Assembly: GCA_965221695.1 (NCBI GenBank)
Contig: OZ244905.1
Span: forward strand, 128,001-192,000
Source: Gammaproteobacteria bacterium
GTDB taxonomy: Bacteria; Pseudomonadota; Gammaproteobacteria; Eutrophobiales; Eutrophobiaceae
Length of the DNA: 64,000 nucleotides
Direction of reading: 5' to 3'
Positions 38,430 to 46,590 of this stretch are shown here, piece by piece (positions within the stretch are counted from its first letter, which is position 1; every line of letters starts with the position of its first letter). The notes beneath the pieces were generated by a model that had not been told where the DNA came from, made no database searches, and worked only from the letters and a program-made list of their open reading frames with translations. The position numbers and the translations under genes are program-made.

Positions 38430-39089
38430 ATGAGTCGTGATGTGGACGGCGCAGTAGAGCGCCTGAGAAAAGATATTCTGCAAGGGCGGTTTGTACCCGG
38501 CCAGCGTCTGGTGGAAGTTGATATCATGGCGCACCTGGGGATAACCAGGGGAAAAGTGCGCGATGTGTTCAAGCGCTTGCATACTGAAAAGATTGTGCAA
38601 CTGGATAGAAACCGGGGCGCATCCGTCAGAAAGGCATCGCGGGACGAGGTTTACAATATCTTCGAGGTGTTGGAGGAAATCTCGATTCTGATTATCAGGA
38701 AGATCAATGAGCAGAGTGACAAGGCTCATCTTCAGAAACGTCTACTCGCCGCGCTGGCCAGCGCGCAAAAGTTTCACGGCCGTTCAGTCAATATCGTCAA
38801 CGTGACCGAGTACATGGATGAGAACGCTCGCTTCTGGGGCGACCTGGCAGAGATGGCAGGCAACCCGGTGCTCTCGGACATCCGTCTGCGCTTGCAGGCG
38901 CCACTATTCAGGTTGGCAATGGAAGGACTGACGGTAAAAGGCAGCCACGATCAGTGGATAGCTCGCCATGAAGAGATAATCAGCGCGTTGCTGGACAACA
39001 ACCTTCGGCAAGCCGTCCGCCATGCAAGAAAATCCATGCACGATGTCTGGAAAGCCATCCTAACTCTCCCCGACGCAGCATTTGCCTGA
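38430..39089 (+). CDS. GntR-family regulator (FCD domain)
   Basis: PGQRLVE...LGITRGKVRD wHTH, NRGASVR, C-terminal HEEIISAL. Confidence 0.85.
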   Translation: MSRDVDGAVERLRKDILQGRFVPGQRLVEVDIMAHLGITRGKVRDVFKRLHTEKIVQLDRNRGASVRKASRDEVYNIFEVLEEISILIIRKINEQSDKAHLQKRLLAALASAQKFHGRSVNIVNVTEYMDENARFWGDLAEMAGNPVLSDIRLRLQAPLFRLAMEGLTVKGSHDQWIARHEEIISALLDNNLRQAVRHARKSMHDVWKAILTLPDAAFA

Positions 39090-39224
39090 AAATCGTCCTG
39101 GGGATAACGTTTTACCGGACCGCCTCCCTGAGACCTCAGTCCCATGGTAGGGCGGGGGCTGGCTACGGAATCCAGTGAAATACATCGTTGCCAACGGCAG
39201 CATATTATCTGCATCTGCAAGAAA

Positions 39225-40517
39225 TCAAACCAACCCCAACTCCCAATACACAAACAACGCCACCAGACAAACCCCCAACATCGCCACTGCATACCCCGCA
39301 TTCCAGCGCATCAATGTGAATGAAGAAGTTCCAAACCTTCCCTGCAAAGTCAGATTAATCCCGGAAAAAGGCGAAACCACAATGCTGCTGCCCCACATCA
39401 TCATCATCGCAATCCCCAACAAGTTGGCATTGTAAGGTGTATTGCTGAGCAATCCACCCAGGATGGAAATCGTAATAATCGGATGAATGCCCAGCAATGA
39501 AAGCAACATCGCCGCGAAGATAAATCCCCCGGCCGTCGCCGGCGACACTGCGCTAATTCCCAGGGACACGTCGCTGCCCATCAGCGCCGCAGAAATCCCG
39601 GTAGACATTACCCCGGCTGCCAGAAACAGCGTGAGTTCCCTGTGCATCCCCGGCAGACCGGTATTGATATGAGAGATTAGCAGGCCGCCCGCCGCGCGCA
39701 GGTTGCGAACCAGCAACATCACCACCGTAATCAGCAACGCCAGGATGGTAATCAGGGTCAATACCGGGAAATCCGGGAACAACTCGTGCAACCCGATTAC
39801 CGCCAACGACAGCGCCAGCGGAACAAACAAGGTCTCAAAGCGCAATGGGTACCCACTGGTGTCCTCACTTTCCTTATCCCGCAACAATTGCCAACTGGTG
39901 ATAAGCAATCCGCATAGGGCAATCGGTATACCTGCCAGTATCAGCGTCAGCAAACCGGAGCCGGGCGCATAGACCAGTGCGGTGGCGATAGACACATAAA
40001 ACGGCGACCAGTAACAGCCGCTACAGAACGCCCGGGAAAACAGGATTAGCTGTAACCGATTGATCTTGCCGGCCTGCTCCATCCTGTTGCCGAAGATCAT
40101 CACCGCTGACAGGTTGATCACCGAAGCAAACAGGTGCAAGCCCCAGATGGTCTTGGCAAGCGCCATCCTGCCCTTAGGCGCCTCCGCCGTTTGTGCGTCC
40201 TGCCCGGTAATCAGCCGCAGAAATGTCACCGACGCAATCAGCGCCAATACGTGAATATTCGCCGCTGCCACCCGTGACCAATCCACCGGTAAACGGTTCA
40301 GCACAGACCAGGCCAGGCAACCTGCTCCCACCAGTAACATCCCGGAAATCTGCACAACCATCGCCCGCGGCAAATCCCGACACAGCAGCAGCGCCGCCAA
40401 CCAACCGCAAAGCCCGGCCCACACCGGCGACACTGACGATGACACAGCCGCGCCCACCGCTAACAGCATCATCAACAATAACAACCCGCCAGGTAGCTCA
40501 ATGCGCACTTTGAACAA
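39225..40517 (-). CDS. Polytopic membrane protein, putative transporter
   Basis: Many hydrophobic helices; WSPF, GIHP and SPFSG motifs. Start uncertain. Confidence 0.65.
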   Translation of the reverse strand: MFKVRIELPGGLLLLMMLLAVGAAVSSSVSPVWAGLCGWLAALLLCRDLPRAMVVQISGMLLVGAGCLAWSVLNRLPVDWSRVAAANIHVLALIASVTFLRLITGQDAQTAEAPKGRMALAKTIWGLHLFASVINLSAVMIFGNRMEQAGKINRLQLILFSRAFCSGCYWSPFYVSIATALVYAPGSGLLTLILAGIPIALCGLLITSWQLLRDKESEDTSGYPLRFETLFVPLALSLAVIGLHELFPDFPVLTLITILALLITVVMLLVRNLRAAGGLLISHINTGLPGMHRELTLFLAAGVMSTGISAALMGSDVSLGISAVSPATAGGFIFAAMLLSLLGIHPIITISILGGLLSNTPYNANLLGIAMMMMWGSSIVVSPFSGINLTLQGRFGTSSFTLMRWNAGYAVAMLGVCLVALFVYWELGLV

Positions 40518-40547
40518 GAACTCCGATTAACTTTAATACTCTTTTAA

Positions 40548-40698
40548 GGAACCTCTGATTAAGTCAGAGGTTCCTACGATACAAGGATGTATCGTCAATA
40601 TCGATGACTGTAAGGCATTGATATTGAGAGGAAAACAAAAATCGCATTTTTGTTTTCCGTACTCTGACAAGTCCAGGATGGACTTGTTCAGAGTTTCC
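40548..40698. mobile_element. 151-bp MITE-like element, full copy 2 (inverted relative to copy 1) with TTAA target duplication
   Basis: TTAA at 40544-40547 and 40699-40702; ends GGAACCTCTGA/TCAGAGTTTCC; five hairpins. Confidence 0.9.
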
Positions 40699-40778
40699 TT
40701 AACTTAACTTTGACATTTTACCGGTTACGCTGGTTTCTTATATTGTTGTTCTTCAATACATATGCAATTTACAAGATG

Positions 40779-40795
40779 ATGTGTATAATACACAT
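40779..40795 (+). promoter_or_regulatory. Palindromic operator over a TATAAT box (vapBC autoregulation)
   Basis: ATGTGTAT-A-ATACACAT, 30 nt upstream of vapB. Confidence 0.55.
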
Positions 40796-40825
40796 ACATC
40801 TACACATTAATCATGGTATTCTCGG

Positions 40826-41038
40826 ATGCGTACTAATGTCGTTTTGGATGATGACCTGATGCGTGAAGCATTTGCTCTTACCGGTATTCGTACCAAGCGC
40901 GAACTAATTCACACCGCGCTACAGGAATTAATTAGTAAACACACAAAAAAGGATCTCACTGATTTAGCAGGTAAAATTCAATTGCAGGATGATTTTGACC
41001 ATAAAATACTCAGGGAATTGAGGCGTGATTCTGGTTGA
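40826..41038 (+). CDS. vapB: Type II antitoxin VapB
   Basis: MRTNVVLDDDL...A....G..TKRELI..AL pattern; overlaps the PIN toxin gene. Confidence 0.9.
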   Translation: MRTNVVLDDDLMREAFALTGIRTKRELIHTALQELISKHTKKDLTDLAGKIQLQDDFDHKILRELRRDSG

Positions 41039-41417
41039 TACATCAATCTGGATTGCTCTGTTTCGAGATAGGACGGGCAAGGAAAAATCTAATCTTGAAA
41101 GATGGACTGCCGATGATTATGTCGTATTGACCCGGTTTAATCAGTTGGAATTACTCCAAGGGTGTAAAGATGAGAAAGAATGGAATACACTCGCTAAGTA
41201 TCTAGATACTCAGGATTATATTGAGACGACCAATACAACCTGGACTGACGCAGCCAGGATATATTTTGACTTGCGCCGTCAGGGCAAAACAGTGCACAGT
41301 CCGGTCGATTGTTGTATCGCCCAGCTTGCAATCGAAAGCGGCGCCTTGCTCATCCATAGAGATTTCGATTTCGTAACAATCGCTACCATAAGACCGTTGA
41401 ACCAACAGAAACTCTAG
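41025..41417 (+). CDS. vapC: PIN-domain toxin VapC
   Basis: MILVDTSIWI, ELLQG, DCCIAQ and HRDFDF motifs. Confidence 0.92.
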   Translation: MILVDTSIWIALFRDRTGKEKSNLERWTADDYVVLTRFNQLELLQGCKDEKEWNTLAKYLDTQDYIETTNTTWTDAARIYFDLRRQGKTVHSPVDCCIAQLAIESGALLIHRDFDFVTIATIRPLNQQKL

Positions 41418-41420
41418 GCA

Positions 41421-42257
41421 CTATTCCGCTTCCAATAGAAAATCGCTGACCAGCTTGTTAAACCGCCGGTTGTGTTCTATCTGGGTCCAGTGGCCGCAAT
41501 TGCCGAAAATATGCAATTGCGAGTTCTTAATGCATCGGAACAGTTGTTCCGACACGGCCACCGGGATGACCCGGTCGTCCCGGCCGTGGATGATCAAGGT
41601 CTCGTGTTCGATGTTCCTGACATCGGCTTCGCTGCTGCAGATCTTTTTAATTCCATCCTGGCGCGGCGCCGGAAACATCGCGGCATAAGACTCCTGTACG
41701 CCCGGTCGGATGCTGGCTGCATGGCGCAACTCGGCCAGTTCGTCGCTGACCAGTGAGCGATCATAAGCAAACAGGTCCAGCAACCGGCGCATGTTCTCCA
41801 GCGAAGGGGTGTAACCCCAGGTCAGGTCCAGCCCTTCCGTCAGTTCAAATTCAAGGCCCACGCTGCCCATCAGCACGAGCCGGGAGACCCGTTCCGGCGC
41901 TTGAATTGCCAATGCTACCGCCAGCGACCCGCCGAAGGAGTTCCCGATCACATGGGCTTGCTTAATCTCCAGGGCGTCAAGAAAGTCGAGCGCGTGCCGC
42001 AGCCAGGTTTCCATATCATAGCTGATGCCGTCGGGCCGCTCGGTGAAGCCGAAACCCACTATATCCGGTGCAATTACCCTGTAATTTTCTGCCAGGGAGG
42101 GGATTACCAGGCGCCAGTTCGCCCAGGCGCTGACGCCGGGCCCGGATCCGTGCAGCAAAAGCGCTGGCGCCCCATGTCCCTGATCATGGTAGTTGGTTGT
42201 TATGCGGCCGGCATTGATGGATAAACCGATTTCTGTTGACGTAGTCATGTCCGACAT
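41421..42257 (-). CDS. dmpD: 2-hydroxymuconic semialdehyde hydrolase (DmpD/XylF/TodF-like)
   Basis: LLHGSGPGVSAWANWR, GNSFGG, HGRDDRVIP and CGHWTQIEH motifs. Confidence 0.88.
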   Translation of the reverse strand: MSDMTTSTEIGLSINAGRITTNYHDQGHGAPALLLHGSGPGVSAWANWRLVIPSLAENYRVIAPDIVGFGFTERPDGISYDMETWLRHALDFLDALEIKQAHVIGNSFGGSLAVALAIQAPERVSRLVLMGSVGLEFELTEGLDLTWGYTPSLENMRRLLDLFAYDRSLVSDELAELRHAASIRPGVQESYAAMFPAPRQDGIKKICSSEADVRNIEHETLIIHGRDDRVIPVAVSEQLFRCIKNSQLHIFGNCGHWTQIEHNRRFNKLVSDFLLEAE

Positions 42258-42313
42258 TATACGCCGCTTGCGGAAAAAAAATCCGATCCGCGCGATTGAT
42301 GATATGATTAAAC

Positions 42314-42342
42314 TCCTGGAATGAGCTTGTTCAGCGCTTTCC
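42314..42342. repeat. Degenerate MITE end remnant
   Basis: tcctggaatgagcttgttcagcgctttcc resembles the reverse complement of the 22910 copy. Confidence 0.45.
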
Positions 42343-42371
42343 GAAATTCACAACGGTTGGGGGATATAACA

Positions 42372-43091
42372 TTGCAGGCTAAACATTTCGTCCTGGTGCA
42401 CGGCGCCTGGCATGGCGCCTGGTGCTGGGAAAAAGTCACCCCGTTGCTTGCCGCATCAGGGCATCACGCGCATACTCTCGACCTGCCGGGACTGGGCAAT
42501 GACCCGACGCCGATTTCCGAAGTTACCCTGGATTCCTATGTCAATGCGGTCAAAGACGTGATCCTTTCAGTTGATGAGCCGGTGATACTGGTTGGTCATA
42601 GCATGGGCGGGCTGATCATCACCCAGACCGCGGAACATGTGCCGGAGCGAGTGCGGGCGTTGGGTTACCTGGCCGCGTTTTCGCCAAAGAACGGGGAATC
42701 GCTGTTTGATTATGCGATGGCCGACACGGAATCTCACGTCACACGTTTTAATGTAGTCAATGAGGAAGAGGGATACTTCACTATCCCCGAAGACAGGCTC
42801 CCGGCCTGCTTCTATGACTTATGCAGTGAGGAAGACACCCGCAATGCGATCGCCCGGCTGCGGCCGCAACCCCTGGCGCCGCTGGTACAACCGGTCAGTC
42901 TCTCCGAGGACAACTACGGGAGGGTGCGCCGGTGTTATATCGAATGCACCAGGGACCAGGCGCTGACCTGGCCCATGCAGCAAAAGATGCTGCACAATGC
43001 CCGCCTTGACGCGTTGCTCACACTCGAAACGGACCATTCGCCGTTTTATTCCTGCCCTGAACAACTGGTTGAGTGTTTGGTCAGGTTATGA
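42372..43091 (+). CDS. Alpha/beta hydrolase (methylesterase/SABP2-like)
   Basis: FVLVHGAWHGAWCW, GHSMGG, YIEC..D and DHSPF motifs. TTG start chosen because the ATG at 42321 falls in a repeat remnant. Confidence 0.85.
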   Translation: MQAKHFVLVHGAWHGAWCWEKVTPLLAASGHHAHTLDLPGLGNDPTPISEVTLDSYVNAVKDVILSVDEPVILVGHSMGGLIITQTAEHVPERVRALGYLAAFSPKNGESLFDYAMADTESHVTRFNVVNEEEGYFTIPEDRLPACFYDLCSEEDTRNAIARLRPQPLAPLVQPVSLSEDNYGRVRRCYIECTRDQALTWPMQQKMLHNARLDALLTLETDHSPFYSCPEQLVECLVRL

Positions 43092-43131
43092 AGCGCTTCT
43101 GCGCCGTAAGGAATTTACAAAGATACGCGGC

Positions 43132-44610
43132 TCAATATCTCTCGAAGTATTCCTGGTGTTCCCACTCGGTGACGGTTGATAGAAACCGATGGATTTCGTG
43201 TTGTTTTAGCCCCAGGTAATATTTAACAAAGGCTTCACCAAATGCATTCCTAAACAATTTCGATTCCTGTAACGCTGTGATCGATTCCATCAGGCTGCGG
43301 GGTAATGCCGGCTTATCAACCTGAGAATACGGATCACTGACCGGCGGTCCCGGATCGAGTTTCAACTTCAATCCATCCAGTCCGGCTGCCACCTGTGATG
43401 CAATGAACAGGTAGGGGTTTGCGGCCGGTTCGCCCGATCGGTTTTCAATATGGGTGACCGGATCGTCACCGCCGCCAACCAGACGCAAATAGGCAGCCTT
43501 ATTATCCACGGACCATACTGCGCGATTTGGCGCCAGGGGGTTTGCGTTGAGGCGTTTATAGCCGTTAATAGTGGGATTTGAAAAGGCCGTACAAGCTGCA
43601 GAGTGGGTAATCAAGCCCCCGACATAATGTTGTCCCTTATCCGATAACAGATCCCCGCGTTGACGGGTGACAAACGCATTACTCCCATCGTCAATACCAG
43701 CCAGCGATTGATGGAGATGCCAGCCTGATGAATAAACATTGGGTAGTGCGGGCTTACACATGAACGTAACTAGACAGTTATTATGACGAGCCACCTGTTT
43801 TAATGTTGTACGTAAAAGTATCATCGCATCGGCTGCGTCAAGAGCAGGCAGTGGCTCCAAGGTGATTTCGCACTGTCCGGGTCCCCACTCATCCTCCATG
43901 GACCGGACCGGCAAGCCCAGGGCATGAAGATGCTCATAGAATGGATATATTACTGGCGCATGTATATCGATTTCCTGTTCTGACTGGTATTGATAACCAT
44001 GGCCCAGTGGTTTTACCGATGGGGGCGTAGCTGGTTGTGTCGATGCGTCCATCGTAAGGTTAGCATCGTCTATCTGAAACAGGTGAAACTCAACCTCAAG
44101 CCCGATAACTAGTTTATATCCCGCTTGTTTCAGTTGTTCGAGTTGTCTGCTTAACAGCGCACGAGGTGATAACGGCATCGGTTTGCCGGATTTCAGGTAC
44201 AGGTCACACATTATCCAACCCGTATCCGGCACCCATGGTAACACATGGAAAGTATCAGGGTCAGGCACCATCAACATATCTCCGGCGCCTCCCATCTCTT
44301 CATTGTCAAAACCGCCGTCATCTGCAAATACAGGCAGATAAATGTTATTGGCAGAATCCATGGCAAAAGGCGCGTGAGTGGTTGCAATACCGTTATGGAA
44401 TGAAGTGAGAAAATGTGCTACGGGCAACACCTTGCCACGGCAGATACCGTGTTGGTCACTGTATACCACACGTACGAAACGCAATTCTTTTTCCTTTATT
44501 TTTTCAGAGAGGCTTTGCGCAGACTTACGCTGATAGGCATTCCAGAGTTTGTGCCGGGCGATAAAGTCGGTGCGTCCTATCGATCCTGCGCTTTGTGTAT
44601 GTCGTGCCAT
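43132..44610 (-). CDS. tdnQ: Glutamine synthetase-like gamma-glutamylanilide synthetase (TdnQ/AtdA1-like)
   Basis: FIARHKLW N-terminus, DQHGICRGK, GLEVEF, EDEWGPGQCE, SGWHLHQSL, HIENRSGEPAANPYL; adjacent to aniline-type dioxygenase genes. Confidence 0.8.
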   Translation of the reverse strand: MARHTQSAGSIGRTDFIARHKLWNAYQRKSAQSLSEKIKEKELRFVRVVYSDQHGICRGKVLPVAHFLTSFHNGIATTHAPFAMDSANNIYLPVFADDGGFDNEEMGGAGDMLMVPDPDTFHVLPWVPDTGWIMCDLYLKSGKPMPLSPRALLSRQLEQLKQAGYKLVIGLEVEFHLFQIDDANLTMDASTQPATPPSVKPLGHGYQYQSEQEIDIHAPVIYPFYEHLHALGLPVRSMEDEWGPGQCEITLEPLPALDAADAMILLRTTLKQVARHNNCLVTFMCKPALPNVYSSGWHLHQSLAGIDDGSNAFVTRQRGDLLSDKGQHYVGGLITHSAACTAFSNPTINGYKRLNANPLAPNRAVWSVDNKAAYLRLVGGGDDPVTHIENRSGEPAANPYLFIASQVAAGLDGLKLKLDPGPPVSDPYSQVDKPALPRSLMESITALQESKLFRNAFGEAFVKYYLGLKQHEIHRFLSTVTEWEHQEYFERY

Positions 44611-44631
44611 CGGCGGTTGTGGTGGCGCTCG

Positions 44632-45234
44632 CTATAGAAAGAAAGTATTGTTCTCTTGCGGCAGGTCGGCATCAATAAGATTGATCTGTTTGACTGTGAT
44701 CAGCCAGTTATTGCCGTAGTTCTTGAGAACATAACCGCACCACCCTGACAGGATTCGATGCCGTTCCTTAACGAGTGCGTCAATTAAAAAATTTGCTCTT
44801 GCCAGAATCTGCTTGTCTGTTCCATACCAGAACTCAATATTGCTAAGCAGGTGGCGAGTGCGTATAGGCGGGATCATCGAGTATGCGAAGCCGGTTTGAA
44901 TTCGGGCCACTCGATCCTCAAGTCGGCGACGGTCTTGGAATTCCAGTGTAACTTCTCTACGGGGGTCTGACATGGAGTTTATGGAGGGTATCCAGTAAAT
45001 ACATTCCTCGTCGTAGCAATCCAACCAGTTTTCCAGTTGTAACTCATCTGCAAACCGGTTCTCCGCATAGAGTATTGACTCACATTCCAGACGAGTGATT
45101 GGATCCGGACGCTGCGCAGCTTGAATCGGTTTTGCACATTGCCATTCCTGCGCCAGTGAGAGCAGCTTGTCGTATAATGCATCATCAACATAGTATGAAG
45201 TTTGTGTCAATGTGTCGTACTGAGGTGTTGTCAT
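44632..45234 (-). CDS. tdnA2: Ring-hydroxylating dioxygenase small subunit (TdnA2/AtdA4-like)
   Basis: E....D....WL, YWIP, DRRRLEDRV.R..TG, RTRH and K.INLID.D motifs. Confidence 0.8.
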   Translation of the reverse strand: MTTPQYDTLTQTSYYVDDALYDKLLSLAQEWQCAKPIQAAQRPDPITRLECESILYAENRFADELQLENWLDCYDEECIYWIPSINSMSDPRREVTLEFQDRRRLEDRVARIQTGFAYSMIPPIRTRHLLSNIEFWYGTDKQILARANFLIDALVKERHRILSGWCGYVLKNYGNNWLITVKQINLIDADLPQENNTFFL

Positions 45235-45241
45235 CGGACAC

Positions 45242-46573
45242 TTATCCTGGCTTAGATTCAGGTTCAGCGCCCATCAACCGTTTCCACTCCGCAAAATAAG
45301 AGCGCATATGCAGGTCAGATGATATGGGCGCCGTTATTACGCCTTTTTCGTCAACCCGTTCAACCTCGGTTTCCATATGCCGGCTTATATCCACCCATTC
45401 CATCTCAGTTACCGACATGCCTTCAAAGCAGGACTCAAAATTAGCATTATCGTCAACTTCACCAAACATTGGAAAGTCTTCCTGGGTTCGCAAACGTAAT
45501 GTGTTTACTGCGGGTGGCACGTTATTCAGCGAAGTTGCGTGCCAGAGCATGTCCGTCTTGTCAACTGACAGTGGTATGAGCATTTGAATCTGATTGCCGA
45601 CAAACAGCAAGTTGGGGAAAATGGATAGGTTCATTCCTGCTCCGGTTGCGGTTTCCAGCAATTCGAGCGTTTTTGACCTGCCTATTTCACCGGTGAGTTG
45701 TTCAACTATAATTTCACGTCCGGGTTGCGGTCGCTGGCGTTCAAAGGCTGAACTTTCATACATGCATGGGCGCTGATCCAGGAATGTGTGACCGTTTCCC
45801 AGGGCTTGAGAGTACATCGGTGTTTCATCAATGTTGCCGCTGAAATAGTCGATATCACGGGCTTTGCCGTATCGGTGGTTTGTCATGCGTAGCAGGGATT
45901 GATGGGAATACTCGGGGTGGTAACCATCACCCGCGTTATCATATATGCATTTCCAATTGCTGTTTACCAGATAACGTTGTGCACTGCACACACGAATTGC
46001 GCTCGCGTCACCACCATTGTGCTCTATCCACTCATCCATGCGATCAGCCGCCGGCCCCAGGTGATCAACAAGGTTTTTTTTGCCCTTGGCGGGATTAAGT
46101 GTTCCGAAAATGAAACCGCGGTACTCGGCAACGTAAGGGACGCGAGCAAGATTACGGCTGGTTTTATCAAAATTTGCGCCATACGCCGCGTCAACGGGAA
46201 TTCCCACGCACTCGCCGGTATTCCGGAAAGTCCAACCATGATAACCGCAGGTAAAAAATTGTGCCGTTCCGGTCGCCGAACGACATATGCGGGCGCCCCG
46301 GTGTGAACAGCGGTTAATGAGTGCGTGTAATTCTCCGTCTTTATCCCGGGTTACGATAAGCGGACGCGAACCAAAGTGCCGGGTGATAAAACTGTTGGGT
46401 TCTGCCAGCTCACTTATGTGTGCAAGATAAATCCAGGTGCCGCCGAATATACGCTGCTGTTCTAGTTCGAATATAGTCGGGTCAACGTATAATGATCGGT
46501 GTACCCGGCCTGGTTGTACCAGATAATCCCACTCGTACTCCAGGCCTGAGACAGAATTGTTGGAACCGGTCAT
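45242..46573 (-). CDS. tdnA1: Rieske dioxygenase large subunit, aniline dioxygenase-like (TdnA1/AtdA3)
   Basis: Rieske CSHRG...CGYHGW; Fe site DNAGDGYHPEYSHQSLL; QRPQPGRE, GAGMNL.IFPNLL..GNQIQ and RTQEDFP..GEVDD match aniline dioxygenase as I recall it. Confidence 0.85.
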   Translation of the reverse strand: MTGSNNSVSGLEYEWDYLVQPGRVHRSLYVDPTIFELEQQRIFGGTWIYLAHISELAEPNSFITRHFGSRPLIVTRDKDGELHALINRCSHRGARICRSATGTAQFFTCGYHGWTFRNTGECVGIPVDAAYGANFDKTSRNLARVPYVAEYRGFIFGTLNPAKGKKNLVDHLGPAADRMDEWIEHNGGDASAIRVCSAQRYLVNSNWKCIYDNAGDGYHPEYSHQSLLRMTNHRYGKARDIDYFSGNIDETPMYSQALGNGHTFLDQRPCMYESSAFERQRPQPGREIIVEQLTGEIGRSKTLELLETATGAGMNLSIFPNLLFVGNQIQMLIPLSVDKTDMLWHATSLNNVPPAVNTLRLRTQEDFPMFGEVDDNANFESCFEGMSVTEMEWVDISRHMETEVERVDEKGVITAPISSDLHMRSYFAEWKRLMGAEPESKPG

Positions 46574-46590
46574 TTGCTCAAGCGGTCAGC

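Noticed and set aside
525-42342. CRISPR array or integron attC sites explaining the palindromic repeats
   Set aside because: Copies are dispersed in both orientations with no regular spacers and no cas or integrase gene. Terminal repeats and a TTAA duplication fit a MITE better.
43132-44610. Housekeeping glutamine synthetase (glnA)
   Set aside because: The N-terminus and the linkage to aniline-type dioxygenase subunits indicate a TdnQ/AtdA1-type gamma-glutamyl ligase.
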